40,000 bases of DNA, taken from contig JAFOPS010000051.1 in NCBI GenBank assembly GCA_017394205.1, positions 1-40,000 on the forward strand. Reading direction: 5' to 3'. The position numbers and the translations under genes are program-made. Shown piece by piece: positions 1-9,330 of this stretch. This stretch comes from Clostridia bacterium (GTDB lineage: Bacteria; Bacillota; Clostridia; Oscillospirales; Butyricicoccaceae). How positions within the stretch are numbered: position 1 is the stretch's first letter; every line of letters starts with the position of its first letter. A model generated the notes under the pieces. The model was not told where the DNA came from. It saw only the letters and a program-made list of their open reading frames with translations, and made no database searches.

Positions 1-489
1 AAGCTGACGGGGAACACGCTGACGGGCTACCTGTTGGACGGCGGGACTGTCGTTGCAGAGCTGGAGGATGACGAACTTTCGGTCTCTTACCTCCGCGGCG
101 CGAATCTGATTTCCCGCACAACTGCCGCAACCGAATATTACACCTTCAACGCCCACGGGGATGTGGTGGGCCTTGTCAATGCTACCGGAACACAGACGAA
201 GACCTACGATTACGACGCCTTCGGCAATGAAAAAGACCGCGTGGGAGCCGACCCCAACCCCTTCCGCTATTGTGGCGAATACTTCGATGTAGAGAGCGGA
301 GCGTATTATCTCCGGGCGCGGTACTATGATCCGAGTATCGGACGGTTTACGCAGGAGGACACCCACTGGAATACTTCCAACATGATCTACGGCGATGAGC
401 CCCAGCAGATCGGAGAATATGAAGACCCGCTTGGGACAAGCCGGTATGTCTACGCGCCACAAATTACCGCCGACGCAACAGCCTTCTGA
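1..489 (+). CDS. RHS/YD-repeat protein, C-terminal part (5' end lies upstream of the window); ends within the RHS-associated core, no toxin domain
   Basis: Frame 1 is open from base 1, so the TTG at 34 is not the true start. YD-repeat and core signatures are present: YDYDAFGNE, PNPFRYCGEYFDVESGAYYLRARYYDPSIGRFTQEDTHW, then EDPLG with the stop only 18 codons later. Confidence 0.8.
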   Translation, partial: KLTGNTLTGYLLDGGTVVAELEDDELSVSYLRGANLISRTTAATEYYTFNAHGDVVGLVNATGTQTKTYDYDAFGNEKDRVGADPNPFRYCGEYFDVESGAYYLRARYYDPSIGRFTQEDTHWNTSNMIYGDEPQQIGEYEDPLGTSRYVYAPQITADATAF

Positions 490-526
490 AACTGCCGAGC
501 ATCGCCTGTTTTTCTGTGGAAGACCC

Positions 527-555
527 TTGAAAGTGCGGCGGTTTTTCGATAGAAT
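527..555 (+). promoter_or_regulatory. sigma-A-type promoter for the EamA/TSUP/VanZ operon
   Basis: TTGAAA (527-532), 17-nt spacer, TAGAAT (550-555), about 45 nt upstream of the ATG at 602. Confidence 0.5.
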
Positions 556-601
556 ATATAAAATAGACTGAAACGCCGCGCCTGAAAGGACGGAAGCACG
601 C

Positions 602-1540
602 ATGAAAACACAGCGGAGAGCCGAGCTCCGGGCGATGCTCGCCACCATCATTGGCCATATATTCTGGGGGTTCAGCTTTCTGGCGTCCCGCACGGCGCTG
701 AACACGGCCCATATGTTTCTGCTGTTGAGCCATCGGTTTTTGCTGGCGTTTCTCGTCATGAATCTGCTGCTGGCACTGCGGGCGGCGCGGCTGCACCTCA
801 AGGGGAAGCGGGTCGGGCTGCTGCTGTTGCTGGCGCTGGCAGAGCCGGTGGTCTATTTTTTCGGCGAGCAATATGGCATCCTGCATTCCAACACCATCTT
901 TTCCGGCGTGATGATCGCCATGATCCCCCTGCTGTGCACGCTGGCGGCGGCGCCGGTCTTGGGAGAAAAGCCAACCTGGGGGCAGCTGCTGTTCAGCATG
1001 ATCTCCGTGGGCGGCGTCGTGGGCATCGGCCTGATGAGCAAGGGCTCCGGCGCGCTGGAATGGAGCGGCGTTGCGGCGCTGGTGGTCGCCGTGGCTGCGG
1101 CCTCCGCCTATACGCTGCTGAGCCGGGGCGTTTCCGCTGAGTTCACGCCCTTTGAGCGCACTTATATGATGATGGCCATGGGCACGGGGGTGTTCACCGC
1201 ACTGGCGGCGGTGACCTGCCGGGGATCGATCAGGGCCTATTTGCAGCCGCTGGGACAGCGGCCTTATTTGCTGTCGGTGGTGTTTCTGGCGCTGTTTTGC
1301 TCGGTGGGGAGCTATTTTCTGTCGTCTTATGCGCTTACTTATATGACAGTGGCCCGGGAGGCTGTCTTCAGCAATCTGACTACGGCGGTCTCGGTGTTTG
1401 CCGGAGCGTTTTTCCTGCACGAGCCGTTTTCTCTGTGGGGCGTGTTGTTCTGCGCCATGATCCTGCTGGGGATCTACGGCGTCCAGCGCGCCGCGCCGGA
1501 GGAGCAGCCGCCGGAGAAGCCCGGCGGGAGGGAGGACTGA
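602..1540 (+). CDS. EamA/DMT-superfamily transporter (10-TM permease)
   Basis: 312 aa and highly hydrophobic with two EamA-like halves. N-terminal region IIGHIFWGFSFLASRTAL is typical of DMT/EamA proteins. Confidence 0.8.
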   Translation: MKTQRRAELRAMLATIIGHIFWGFSFLASRTALNTAHMFLLLSHRFLLAFLVMNLLLALRAARLHLKGKRVGLLLLLALAEPVVYFFGEQYGILHSNTIFSGVMIAMIPLLCTLAAAPVLGEKPTWGQLLFSMISVGGVVGIGLMSKGSGALEWSGVAALVVAVAAASAYTLLSRGVSAEFTPFERTYMMMAMGTGVFTALAAVTCRGSIRAYLQPLGQRPYLLSVVFLALFCSVGSYFLSSYALTYMTVAREAVFSNLTTAVSVFAGAFFLHEPFSLWGVLFCAMILLGIYGVQRAAPEEQPPEKPGGRED

Positions 1541-1543
1541 CCC

Positions 1544-2260
1544 ATGCTGATCTGGTTTGCCGCGGCCTTCTGCGCCTTTTTCATCAAGGGCCTGTGCGGC
1601 TTTGCCAACACGCTGGTCTTCACCTCGATCCTCAGCTTCGGCGCCGCGAATTTCGAGATCACCCCGGTGGAGCTGCTGCTGGGGTTTCCGTCCAACGCGA
1701 TCCTTGCCTGGCGTGGGAAAAAGCGCCTCTTGCCGAAGCTGATCCTTCCGCTGGGAGCGCTGCTGCTGGCGGGCAACGCGGTGGGGGCGTTTCTGCTGAA
1801 AAGCGTCGATCCCGGCCCGCTGAAGATCCTGTTCGGCTTGGCGGTGATCGCCGTGGGCGCGGAGATGCTTTTGCGGGAAAAGAAGCCAAAGCAAACGGAA
1901 GAACCGCGCCTGATCGGCTGGATCATCGGCCTGCTCTCGGGCGTTTTGAGCGGACTGTTCGGCGTGGGGGCCCTGCTGGCGGCCTATCTCAGCCGCGTCA
2001 CCGACGACAGCGAGACCATGAAGGCCAACGTCAGCGCCCTGTTCGTCACGGAAAACCTGTTTCGCATCCTGCTGTATTCCGGGATGGGGATCATCACGGC
2101 GGCGTCGCTGAAAACGGTGCTGCTGCTGTTGCCGGCGGCGCTGCTGGGACTGCTGTGCGGCATCGTTTCGGGCAAGCGTCTGGACGAGCGGACGGTGCGG
2201 CGGCTGGTGATTTTCCTGCTGATGCTCTCGGGCGCCGTGCTCATTGGGAAGAACTTGTAA
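1544..2260 (+). CDS. TSUP (TauE/SafE) family anion exporter-like membrane protein
   Basis: 238-aa polytopic membrane protein. N-terminus FIKGLCGFANTLVFTSIL and a duplicated 4-TM architecture resemble TauE/SafE. RBS GGGAGGGAGG lies upstream, and the start is 3 nt after the EamA stop. Confidence 0.75.
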   Translation: MLIWFAAAFCAFFIKGLCGFANTLVFTSILSFGAANFEITPVELLLGFPSNAILAWRGKKRLLPKLILPLGALLLAGNAVGAFLLKSVDPGPLKILFGLAVIAVGAEMLLREKKPKQTEEPRLIGWIIGLLSGVLSGLFGVGALLAAYLSRVTDDSETMKANVSALFVTENLFRILLYSGMGIITAASLKTVLLLLPAALLGLLCGIVSGKRLDERTVRRLVIFLLMLSGAVLIGKNL

Positions 2261-2281
2261 ACAGCAGCCGCCGAAGCGGCA

Positions 2282-2803
2282 ATGCGGAAAGAAGCGCTTA
2301 TGCAGGAAAGAAAAAAAGACCGCCTCACGGTGGCTCTCGCCGTGATTTACGGGATCCTGGTGGTATGGCTGATCCTGTTCAAGATGGCGACGCCTTCGGA
2401 GTTTGCGGAAATGCGGCATGAAAGGGCGCTGAACCTGATCCCCTTCCACTATGACGAGGAGACGTCAAACCATCTTTCCGAGGTCCTGGACAATGTGCTT
2501 GTCTTCATCCCGCTGGGCATTTATCTGCGGATGCTTGGGAGGCGGAGCGGAACGGCGATCCTCCTCTGCGCCGGCTTCAGCCTGGCGCTGGAGATCCTGC
2601 AGTATCTTTTCGGGATCGGCGCGGCCGATATCACCGATCTGATCACCAACACCTTTGGCGCGGCGGTTGGCGTGGGAGTCTATTGGCTGATGGAAAAGCT
2701 GTTCAAAAAGCAGGAAACGCGCCACAGGGTGCTGCGCGCGGCGGCGCTTGTCTGCACGGCTTTGCTGATCGCGCTGATGGCTGTGCTGATCCTTTCCAAC
2801 TGA
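2282..2803 (+). CDS. VanZ family membrane protein
   Basis: 173 aa. VanZ-like motifs: LNLIPF, VLDNVLVFIPLGIYL, ADITDLITNTFGAAVGVGVY. The start is ambiguous (ATG 2282 or ATG 2300). Confidence 0.75.
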   Translation: MRKEALMQERKKDRLTVALAVIYGILVVWLILFKMATPSEFAEMRHERALNLIPFHYDEETSNHLSEVLDNVLVFIPLGIYLRMLGRRSGTAILLCAGFSLALEILQYLFGIGAADITDLITNTFGAAVGVGVYWLMEKLFKKQETRHRVLRAAALVCTALLIALMAVLILSN

Positions 2804-2869
2804 CCGCGCGGCAAACCTTTATAAACAGAATAAACAAATATAAATAGAGTAAAAACACAGGAGAAGCGT

Positions 2870-4207
2870 ATGAAACGTCAAATAATTGCAGGAGAATCCT
2901 CATTTGCCCGGCGGGTGATCCCGTTGGCGGCCGTGCTGCTGGCGCTGCTGCTGCCGGCAGGCTGCGGGCTGGAAAAGCCCGGAACGGGAGAAAATCCCGC
3001 AGCGGGTCAGCCCTCTGCGTCCGATCCGGCGGTGGTGTCCCGCCCGGAAGCCGCTGTGCAGCCCGACAGGGTGCAGATCACGGAAACGGTCTTTTCGGAC
3101 ACGACGGTCACCGTGTCGTGGAACGCCGTGGCGGAGGCCGAGGGCTATGAGATCTCGGTGGAGAGAAGCAGGATGGGCGCCGACGCCGGGAGCGACACCG
3201 AACTGAGCGAAACGGCGGAGCGATCCTTTACGGCGGACTTTCAGGGAGCGAGCCTGCTGCGCCTGCAGGTGCGGGCGTGGAAGACTGCGGACGGCCAGCG
3301 GCTTTACGGCGAATGGAGCAATTTCGTGGAGGGCGAGGGCCCGCTGCCCCAGGGCGATTTTACGTATGCGGAGCTGGAAAAGCTGGAGTTTACCTTTGCC
3401 AGCGGCGCGGGCGCGTGGAGCACCGAGCTGTATGTGGCGGCCGACGGCTCCTTTACCGGCCTGTATCACGACGCGGACATGGGCGATACGGGCGAGGGAT
3501 ATCCCAACGGAACGCAGTATTATTGCCGGTTTTCGGGCAGCTTTGCCCCGCCGGTGTATGTGGACGAATATACCTACGCCGCGCCGGTCCGGCAGCTTTT
3601 GACGGAAGAGGAACCCGAACAGGTGGAGATCATCGACGGCGTTCGCTGGATCTCCAGCGTGCCCTATGGGCTGGAAAACGCGGAAGAAGTACTGTTTTAT
3701 CTCCCCGGAAAGCCGGTGAGCGAGCTGCCGGAGGAATATGTGAGCTGGTGCCGTTATGAGCTTTTTGAAGAAGAAACGCTGCCGTTTTACGGCTTGTACA
3801 ATCAGGTCGACGGCTACGGCTTCTCCTCGGCGCAGGTGGTCTTTGACAGGGACGATCTGGTGAAGCTGTTCCGCGAGACGGCCCAACGCTCCGCCGAGAT
3901 CGACGCGGCCTTTGAACGGGGCGATATGGATCAGTCCACCATGAACAGCACCGCCGCCGAGCGGTATTACCTTTGGGACGGTCTGCTCAACCGGATGTGG
4001 GACTATTTCAAGGAGACCCTCCCGGAAGACGAGATGAAGTCTCTTACCGCGCAGCAGGTAAAGTGGATCGCGGAAAAAGAGGCCGCCGTCAAAGCGGCCG
4101 GAGCTGAGGTGGAGGGCGGCTCCATGCAGCCTTTGGCGGAATACGGCGTGGCCGCCGAATACACCGAGGCCCGCGTGCGGGAGTGGCTGGAAACCTATTT
4201 CGCCTGA
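2870..4207 (+). CDS. Secreted lipoprotein with an FN3-like domain and a C-terminal LprI/DUF1311-like domain
   Basis: Signal peptide with lipobox LLLPAGC. FN3-like segment: VTVSWNAVAEAEGYEISV...LRLQVRAW. C-terminal helical segment YYLWDGLLNRMWDYFKETL...QQVKWIAEKEAAV resembles DUF1311. RBS ACAGGAGAAG. Confidence 0.65.
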   Translation: MKRQIIAGESSFARRVIPLAAVLLALLLPAGCGLEKPGTGENPAAGQPSASDPAVVSRPEAAVQPDRVQITETVFSDTTVTVSWNAVAEAEGYEISVERSRMGADAGSDTELSETAERSFTADFQGASLLRLQVRAWKTADGQRLYGEWSNFVEGEGPLPQGDFTYAELEKLEFTFASGAGAWSTELYVAADGSFTGLYHDADMGDTGEGYPNGTQYYCRFSGSFAPPVYVDEYTYAAPVRQLLTEEEPEQVEIIDGVRWISSVPYGLENAEEVLFYLPGKPVSELPEEYVSWCRYELFEEETLPFYGLYNQVDGYGFSSAQVVFDRDDLVKLFRETAQRSAEIDAAFERGDMDQSTMNSTAAERYYLWDGLLNRMWDYFKETLPEDEMKSLTAQQVKWIAEKEAAVKAAGAEVEGGSMQPLAEYGVAAEYTEARVREWLETYFA

Positions 4208-4242
4208 TCGAAGCGGACGCACCGAAAATCTGGAGGCGACGG

Positions 4243-5856
4243 ATGAAGACCCTGTATGACAACGGCCGCATCTATACCGGCGGCCGGACGACGGCCGAGG
4301 CCTTTGCCGTGGAAAACGGCCGGTTCTTTTTCGTGGGGAGCCGTGAGGAGGGCGCGGCACTGGGATGTGACGAGCGGGTGGATCTGGGCGGCGCTTTCGT
4401 CTGCCCGGGCTTCAACGACAGCCACATGCACCTGCTCAATTTCGGACAGTTTTTGCACAGCGCCCATCTCAACGAGCACACGGGCTCGCTGCGGGAGATG
4501 CTGGAGGCGATACGGACCTTTGCCGGAGAGCACCCGCCGAAGGCCGGCCAGTGGCTGGTGGGCCGCGGGTGGAACGACGATTATTTCACCGACGTTGGCC
4601 GGATGCCCTCCCGCGACGATCTGGACGGGATCTCCCGGGAGATCCCGATCATTGCCGTCCGCTGCTGCGGCCACTGTCTGGTAGCCAATTCCAAAGTGCT
4701 GGAGCTGTGCGGCGTCACGGAGGAAACGCCCGCTCCTGCGGGCGGGCGCATCGGCATGGAAAACGGCCGCCTCGACGGCCGGTTTTACGACGATGCCATG
4801 GAGCTGATCTACGCCAGGCAGCCCGCGCCGGATCTCCAGCGCATCAAGGAGATGCTGCGGAGCGCCTGCGCGGCGCTGAATTCCTACGGCGTCACCAGCT
4901 GTCAGACCGACGATTACTGCGTGTTCCGCGGAGTGGATTGGCGGACCGTGAACCAGGCCTATCGGGAGCTGGAACAGAGCGGCGAGCTCACCGTGCGGGT
5001 CTATGAGCAGAGCAATTTCACGTCTCTCTCCAGGCTTCGGGAGTTTGTGTCCGCCGGATGCCGCACCGGCGCGGGAAGCGACCGCTTCCGCATCGGCCCG
5101 CTGAAAATGCTGGGCGACGGGTCGCTGGGCGCGCGGACGGCTTATCTCAGCCGCCCCTATGCCGATGCGCCCGACATGCGGGGGATCCTGATCTATTCCC
5201 GGCAGGAGCTGGAGGAGATGATCGGCTTTGCCCACGAGCAGGGGATGCAGGCGGCGGTGCACGCCATCGGCGACGGCTGCCTCGACGCCGTGCTGGACGC
5301 CTACGAAAAGGCGCTGACGGCTCATCCCAGGCCCGATCACCGCCACGGCATCGTGCATTGCCAGATCAGCCGGCCCGATCAGCTTGCGCGCATCGCGCGG
5401 CTCGGCCTGCACGTTTATGCCCAGAGCATTTTTCTGGATTATGACGTACATATCGTGGAGGAACGGGTGGGGAAGACCCTTGCCGCTTCCAGCTACAGCT
5501 GGAAAACGCTGATGGAAAAGGGCGTCTGCGTGTCCAACGGGAGCGACTGCCCGGTGGAGCTGCCCGACGTGATGGCGGGCATCCAGTGCGCCGTGACCCG
5601 TTCTTCGCTGGACGGCAAAGCGGGGCCGTTTTTGCCCCGCGAGGCCTTTACCGTGAGCGAGGCGCTGGATTCCTATACCATACGCGGCGCCGAGGCCAGC
5701 TTTGAGGAAGAAATAAAAGGGCGCATCGCGCCGGGGTATCTGGCTGATTTCACCGTTTTGGGAGCCGATCCCTTTGAGACCGACCCCGCCGCGCTGGGCA
5801 GCATCCCCGTCCTTGCCGCATATCTGGAGGGGGAGCCCGTGTACCGGCGGGCATAA
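4243..5856 (+). CDS. Amidohydrolase-3 family metal-dependent hydrolase (YtcJ-like)
   Basis: N-terminus MKTLYDNGRIYTGG...VENGRFFFVG...FVCPGFNDSHMHLL carries the HxH metal motif. Downstream motifs: HAIGD, HRHGIVHCQ, and SNGSDCPVE near the C-terminus. Start chosen at ATG 4243 with RBS GGAGG rather than the ORF-track start at 4183. Confidence 0.85.
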   Translation: MKTLYDNGRIYTGGRTTAEAFAVENGRFFFVGSREEGAALGCDERVDLGGAFVCPGFNDSHMHLLNFGQFLHSAHLNEHTGSLREMLEAIRTFAGEHPPKAGQWLVGRGWNDDYFTDVGRMPSRDDLDGISREIPIIAVRCCGHCLVANSKVLELCGVTEETPAPAGGRIGMENGRLDGRFYDDAMELIYARQPAPDLQRIKEMLRSACAALNSYGVTSCQTDDYCVFRGVDWRTVNQAYRELEQSGELTVRVYEQSNFTSLSRLREFVSAGCRTGAGSDRFRIGPLKMLGDGSLGARTAYLSRPYADAPDMRGILIYSRQELEEMIGFAHEQGMQAAVHAIGDGCLDAVLDAYEKALTAHPRPDHRHGIVHCQISRPDQLARIARLGLHVYAQSIFLDYDVHIVEERVGKTLAASSYSWKTLMEKGVCVSNGSDCPVELPDVMAGIQCAVTRSSLDGKAGPFLPREAFTVSEALDSYTIRGAEASFEEEIKGRIAPGYLADFTVLGADPFETDPAALGSIPVLAAYLEGEPVYRRA

Positions 5857-5909
5857 AAACGACCGTGCGGCCCGCGCCGCGGGGCAAACGGGAAAGCGAG
5901 GAAAGGGAT

Positions 5910-6608
5910 ATGACAAGAAACATCCTTATCGCCATGGCGGTGATCCCGGCGATCTGGCTGATGATCAAGGTCTATCAGGCCGACAAGCTGGAAAAAGAGC
6001 CGGTGGGCTTTTTGATCAAGCTGGCGCTGCTGGGAGTGGTAGCCACCGTGCTTGCCGGCGTCACCGAAACGGTGGGCGCGCTGGTGCTGCAGGCCCTGTT
6101 TTCAAGACAGCCGCTGATCTATCTGCTGCTGTTTTATTTCGGCGTGGTGGCGCTGTCGGAAGAGGGCTTCAAATACCTGCTGCTGAAAAACCGCACCTGG
6201 CGGTCGCCGTATTTCAACTGTCAGTTCGACGGCGTGGTCTACGCGGTCTTTGTGTCGCTGGGCTTCGCGCTGTGGGAAAATATCGCCTATGTCCTGCAAT
6301 ACGGGCTGGCCACGGCGCTGGTGCGGGCCGTTACCGCCGTTCCGGGGCACGCCTGCTTCGGCGTGTTTATGGGGGTCTGGTACGGAGCGGCCAAGCGGTA
6401 CGAGCTGGCAGGAGCGGAAGACGCCGCCCGGATCGCCCGGCGCAGGGCGCTGCTGATCCCGGCGCTGCTCCACGGATGCTATGATTTCATCGCCACTGTG
6501 GACAAAACGGCGTATTCGTTGATCTTCGCGGCGTTTGTCATCGTATTGTTCCTTCTCAGCTACCGCCTGATCCGGCGAGCGTCCCGAAATGACGGGTACA
6601 TCGCCTGA
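5910..6608 (+). CDS. PrsW family intramembrane metalloprotease
   Basis: Multi-TM protein with the PrsW signatures EEGFKYLLL and HGCYDF. Start chosen at MTRNILIA (ATG 5910). Confidence 0.75.
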   Translation: MTRNILIAMAVIPAIWLMIKVYQADKLEKEPVGFLIKLALLGVVATVLAGVTETVGALVLQALFSRQPLIYLLLFYFGVVALSEEGFKYLLLKNRTWRSPYFNCQFDGVVYAVFVSLGFALWENIAYVLQYGLATALVRAVTAVPGHACFGVFMGVWYGAAKRYELAGAEDAARIARRRALLIPALLHGCYDFIATVDKTAYSLIFAAFVIVLFLLSYRLIRRASRNDGYIA

Positions 6609-6612
6609 ACAT

Positions 6613-6649
6613 AAAAAAAGAAAAGCAGCGGGAAATCCCGCTGCTTTTT
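6613..6649. terminator. Bidirectional intrinsic terminator between prsW-like (+) and hydF (-)
   Basis: Stem GCAGCGGG (6625-32), loop AAAT, stem CCCGCTGC (6637-44). An A-run precedes it and a T-run follows it. Confidence 0.65.
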
Positions 6650-6654
6650 GCATT

Positions 6655-7854
6655 TCAAAGCTGCTTCAGGATATCGGGAAAGGGCGACAGGCTTCTCGCC
6701 AGAATGCCATGCATCTGGGCGATGGCCACGCCGTAGTTGACGATGGGCACGCCGGCTGCCCGCGCACGGGCCAGACGGCTCTGCATTTCTTTTTCGTTGA
6801 GCATGCAGCCTCCGCAATGAACGATGAGATCATAGCCGCTGAGGTCGGCGGGGAACTCGCCGCCGGAGGTAAAGGAATACTGCGGCTTCGCGCCGGTATA
6901 GCGCTCGATCCAGCCGGGCAGCTTCACCGATCCGATGTCGTTGCATTGACGGTGATGGGTGCAGCCCTCGGAAATGAGGACGCGGTCGCCGTCCTTCAGC
7001 GCCGCCAGCCGGGCGGCGCCCGATACCAGCGTGGGAAGATCGCCCTTGTACCGGGCGAACAGGATGGAAAACGAGGTGAGGAGCGTATCGGACGGGACGC
7101 ACTTTTCCACCGCGCCGAAGACCTGGGAATCGGTGATCACCAGCCTAGGCGGCGTTTTCATTGCCGCAAGGACGCTCTCCAGCTCCTCCGGCTGGCAGGA
7201 GAAGAAGGTGCAGTGATGATCCAGAAGCTCCCGCATGGTCTGCTGCTGGGGCAGAATGAGCCGCCCCTTGGGCGCGGAGCCGTCTATGGGGATCACCAGC
7301 ACCGCGGCGTCGCCCGGCTCCAGCAGATCGGCCACCAGCCGCTTTTCCTGCTTCGTCTGAGCGGCAAAGCCGCCCAGACGGTCTTTGAGCAGCGCGATAT
7401 TTTCTCCCGTTTTGGCGCTGACGTACAGCGCGTTTTCGGGCAGCGGGGGACGGTCCTTGAGCAGATCGGCCTTGGAAAAGGCCAGAAGGAGGGGAATCTC
7501 CCGCTGCTTCAGCAGGGCCTCCAGCTCCCGCTCGGGCGCGCCCATGCCCGCTTCGGCATCCACCACCAAAACGGCGATATCGGTGCGGGAGAGGGTCTCC
7601 AGCGCTTTTTGCACCCGCTTTTGCCCCAATTCGCCCTCATCGTCCAGACCGGGCGTGTCGATGATGACCACCGGGCCCAGCGGCAAAAGCTCCATGGCTT
7701 TTTTCACCGGGTCGGTAGTGGTGCCCTTTACGTCGGAGACCACCGCCAGCTCCTGCCCGGTAACGGCGTTGACCAGACTGGATTTTCCGGCGTTGCGCCG
7801 CCCGAAAAAGCCGATGTGCAGCCGCTCGGCCGAGGCCGTTTCATGCAGACTCAT
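6655..7854 (-). CDS. hydF: [FeFe]-hydrogenase H-cluster maturation GTPase HydF
   Basis: 399 aa. P-loop GRRNAGKSSLVNA, then DTPGLDD, and a C-terminal Cys-rich cluster-binding region (CTHHRQC, HCGGC). It follows hydG on the same strand. Confidence 0.9.
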   Translation of the reverse strand: MSLHETASAERLHIGFFGRRNAGKSSLVNAVTGQELAVVSDVKGTTTDPVKKAMELLPLGPVVIIDTPGLDDEGELGQKRVQKALETLSRTDIAVLVVDAEAGMGAPERELEALLKQREIPLLLAFSKADLLKDRPPLPENALYVSAKTGENIALLKDRLGGFAAQTKQEKRLVADLLEPGDAAVLVIPIDGSAPKGRLILPQQQTMRELLDHHCTFFSCQPEELESVLAAMKTPPRLVITDSQVFGAVEKCVPSDTLLTSFSILFARYKGDLPTLVSGAARLAALKDGDRVLISEGCTHHRQCNDIGSVKLPGWIERYTGAKPQYSFTSGGEFPADLSGYDLIVHCGGCMLNEKEMQSRLARARAAGVPIVNYGVAIAQMHGILARSLSPFPDILKQL

Positions 7855-7863
7855 AGGGCGTCC

Positions 7864-9312
7864 TCAGAAGCGGAAGTCCCGCCGGTTGGAGGAGCGGATG
7901 TCCTGAATGTGCTCCTGGGCGATGGCGCGCACCTTCTCCTTGGGGATGCGGGCGAGCTCCCGCTGGATCATTTCATAGCCGAGCTTTTTCGTTTCGGGCG
8001 AAGCATAGTCCTCCAGATATTCCGCCAGCGTCATCAGGGCGTTGGGATGGCAGCAGTTGAGGATCTGCCCGCTCTTGCACAGGGACATGAAGCGGTCGCC
8101 GGTGCGGCCCTCGCGGTAGCAGGCGGTGCAGAAGGAGGGGATGTGGTCGGTCTCTATCAGCCAGCGCACTACCTCGTCCAGCGTCCGCTGGTCGGACACG
8201 TCGAATTGCTCGGTGTCATGGGGGCGCTCTTCCTGGGTATAGCCGCCCACCGAGGTGCGGGAGCCGCCGCTCACCTGAGAGATGCCCACCCGCAGCAGCT
8301 TCTGCCGTACCTGCTCGGTCTCGCGGGTGGAAACGATCATGCCGGTATAGGGGACAGCCAGACGGATGCAGGCGGCGATCTTGGTGAAGATCTCGTCGCT
8401 GATGCCGTTGTCAAACATATCGGGGTCGATGTCGTCGGCCCGCTTGACCCGGGGCACGCTGATGGTGTGGGGACCCACGCCGTGAACGGCCTCCAGATGC
8501 TCGGCGTGCATGATCAGGCCGGCAAACTCGTACTTATACAGCTCCAGTCCGAAGAGCACGCCCAGGCCCACGTCGTCGATGCCGCCCTCCATGGCCCGGT
8601 CCATGGCCTCGGTGTGGTAGGCATAATCATGCTTGGGGCCGGTGGGATGGAGCTTGAGATAGCTTTCTTTGTGATAGGTCTCCTGGAACAGGATATAGGT
8701 GCCGATGCCGGCCTCCTTCAGCCTGCGGTAATTCTCCACCGTGGTGGCGGCGATGTTGACGTTGACCCGGCGGATATCGCCGTTTTTGTGATGGACGCTG
8801 TAAATGGTCTTGATGCAGTCCAGAATATATTCGATGGGGTTGTTGACGGGGTCCTCGCCCGCCTCGATGGCCAGACGCTTGTGGCCCATATCCTGCAGGG
8901 CGACGACCTCGGCCCGCACCTCGTCCTGGGTGAGCTTTTTCCGGGCGATGTGCTTGTTTTTCAGATGATAGGGACAGTAAAGACATCCGTTGACGCAATA
9001 GTTGGAAAGATACAGCGGCGCAAAGATGACGATGCGGTTGCCGTAAAAGGCCAGCTTGATCTCCTCGGCGATCTCGTACATTTTCTCGATTTTTTCGGGG
9101 ATCTCACAGGCCAGCAGAACGGAGGCCTCCCGATGGGTCAGGCCGGAGCATTCGCATCCGGTGGCCGTTTTGCGGGGACGGGCCTTTTCCAGAATGGCGT
9201 CGATGAGAGCTACGTCGTTTTTGTGTTCCTCGGCATAGGCCAGGGTTTCGCGGATCTCCTCGTCGTTGATGAACTCTTCCGCTTTCAGGGATTTGGGATC
9301 GTAAACAGCCAT
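7864..9312 (-). CDS. hydG: [FeFe]-hydrogenase maturase HydG (radical SAM tyrosine lyase)
   Basis: 482 aa. Radical-SAM motif CVNGCLYCPY and the C-terminal HydG-type cluster motif CTACYREGRTGDRFMSLCKSGQILNCCHPNA. RBS AAAGGAGA. Confidence 0.9.
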   Translation of the reverse strand: MAVYDPKSLKAEEFINDEEIRETLAYAEEHKNDVALIDAILEKARPRKTATGCECSGLTHREASVLLACEIPEKIEKMYEIAEEIKLAFYGNRIVIFAPLYLSNYCVNGCLYCPYHLKNKHIARKKLTQDEVRAEVVALQDMGHKRLAIEAGEDPVNNPIEYILDCIKTIYSVHHKNGDIRRVNVNIAATTVENYRRLKEAGIGTYILFQETYHKESYLKLHPTGPKHDYAYHTEAMDRAMEGGIDDVGLGVLFGLELYKYEFAGLIMHAEHLEAVHGVGPHTISVPRVKRADDIDPDMFDNGISDEIFTKIAACIRLAVPYTGMIVSTRETEQVRQKLLRVGISQVSGGSRTSVGGYTQEERPHDTEQFDVSDQRTLDEVVRWLIETDHIPSFCTACYREGRTGDRFMSLCKSGQILNCCHPNALMTLAEYLEDYASPETKKLGYEMIQRELARIPKEKVRAIAQEHIQDIRSSNRRDFRF

Positions 9313-9330
9313 GAGTTTCTATCTCCTTTT

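Noticed and set aside
464-2449. 661-aa ORF on the minus strand spanning the EamA, TSUP and VanZ genes
   Set aside because: It is antisense to three genes with clear family signatures. Its translation is low-complexity and Arg/Gln/His/Pro-rich with no RBS or motifs. This is a typical shadow ORF of high-GC DNA.
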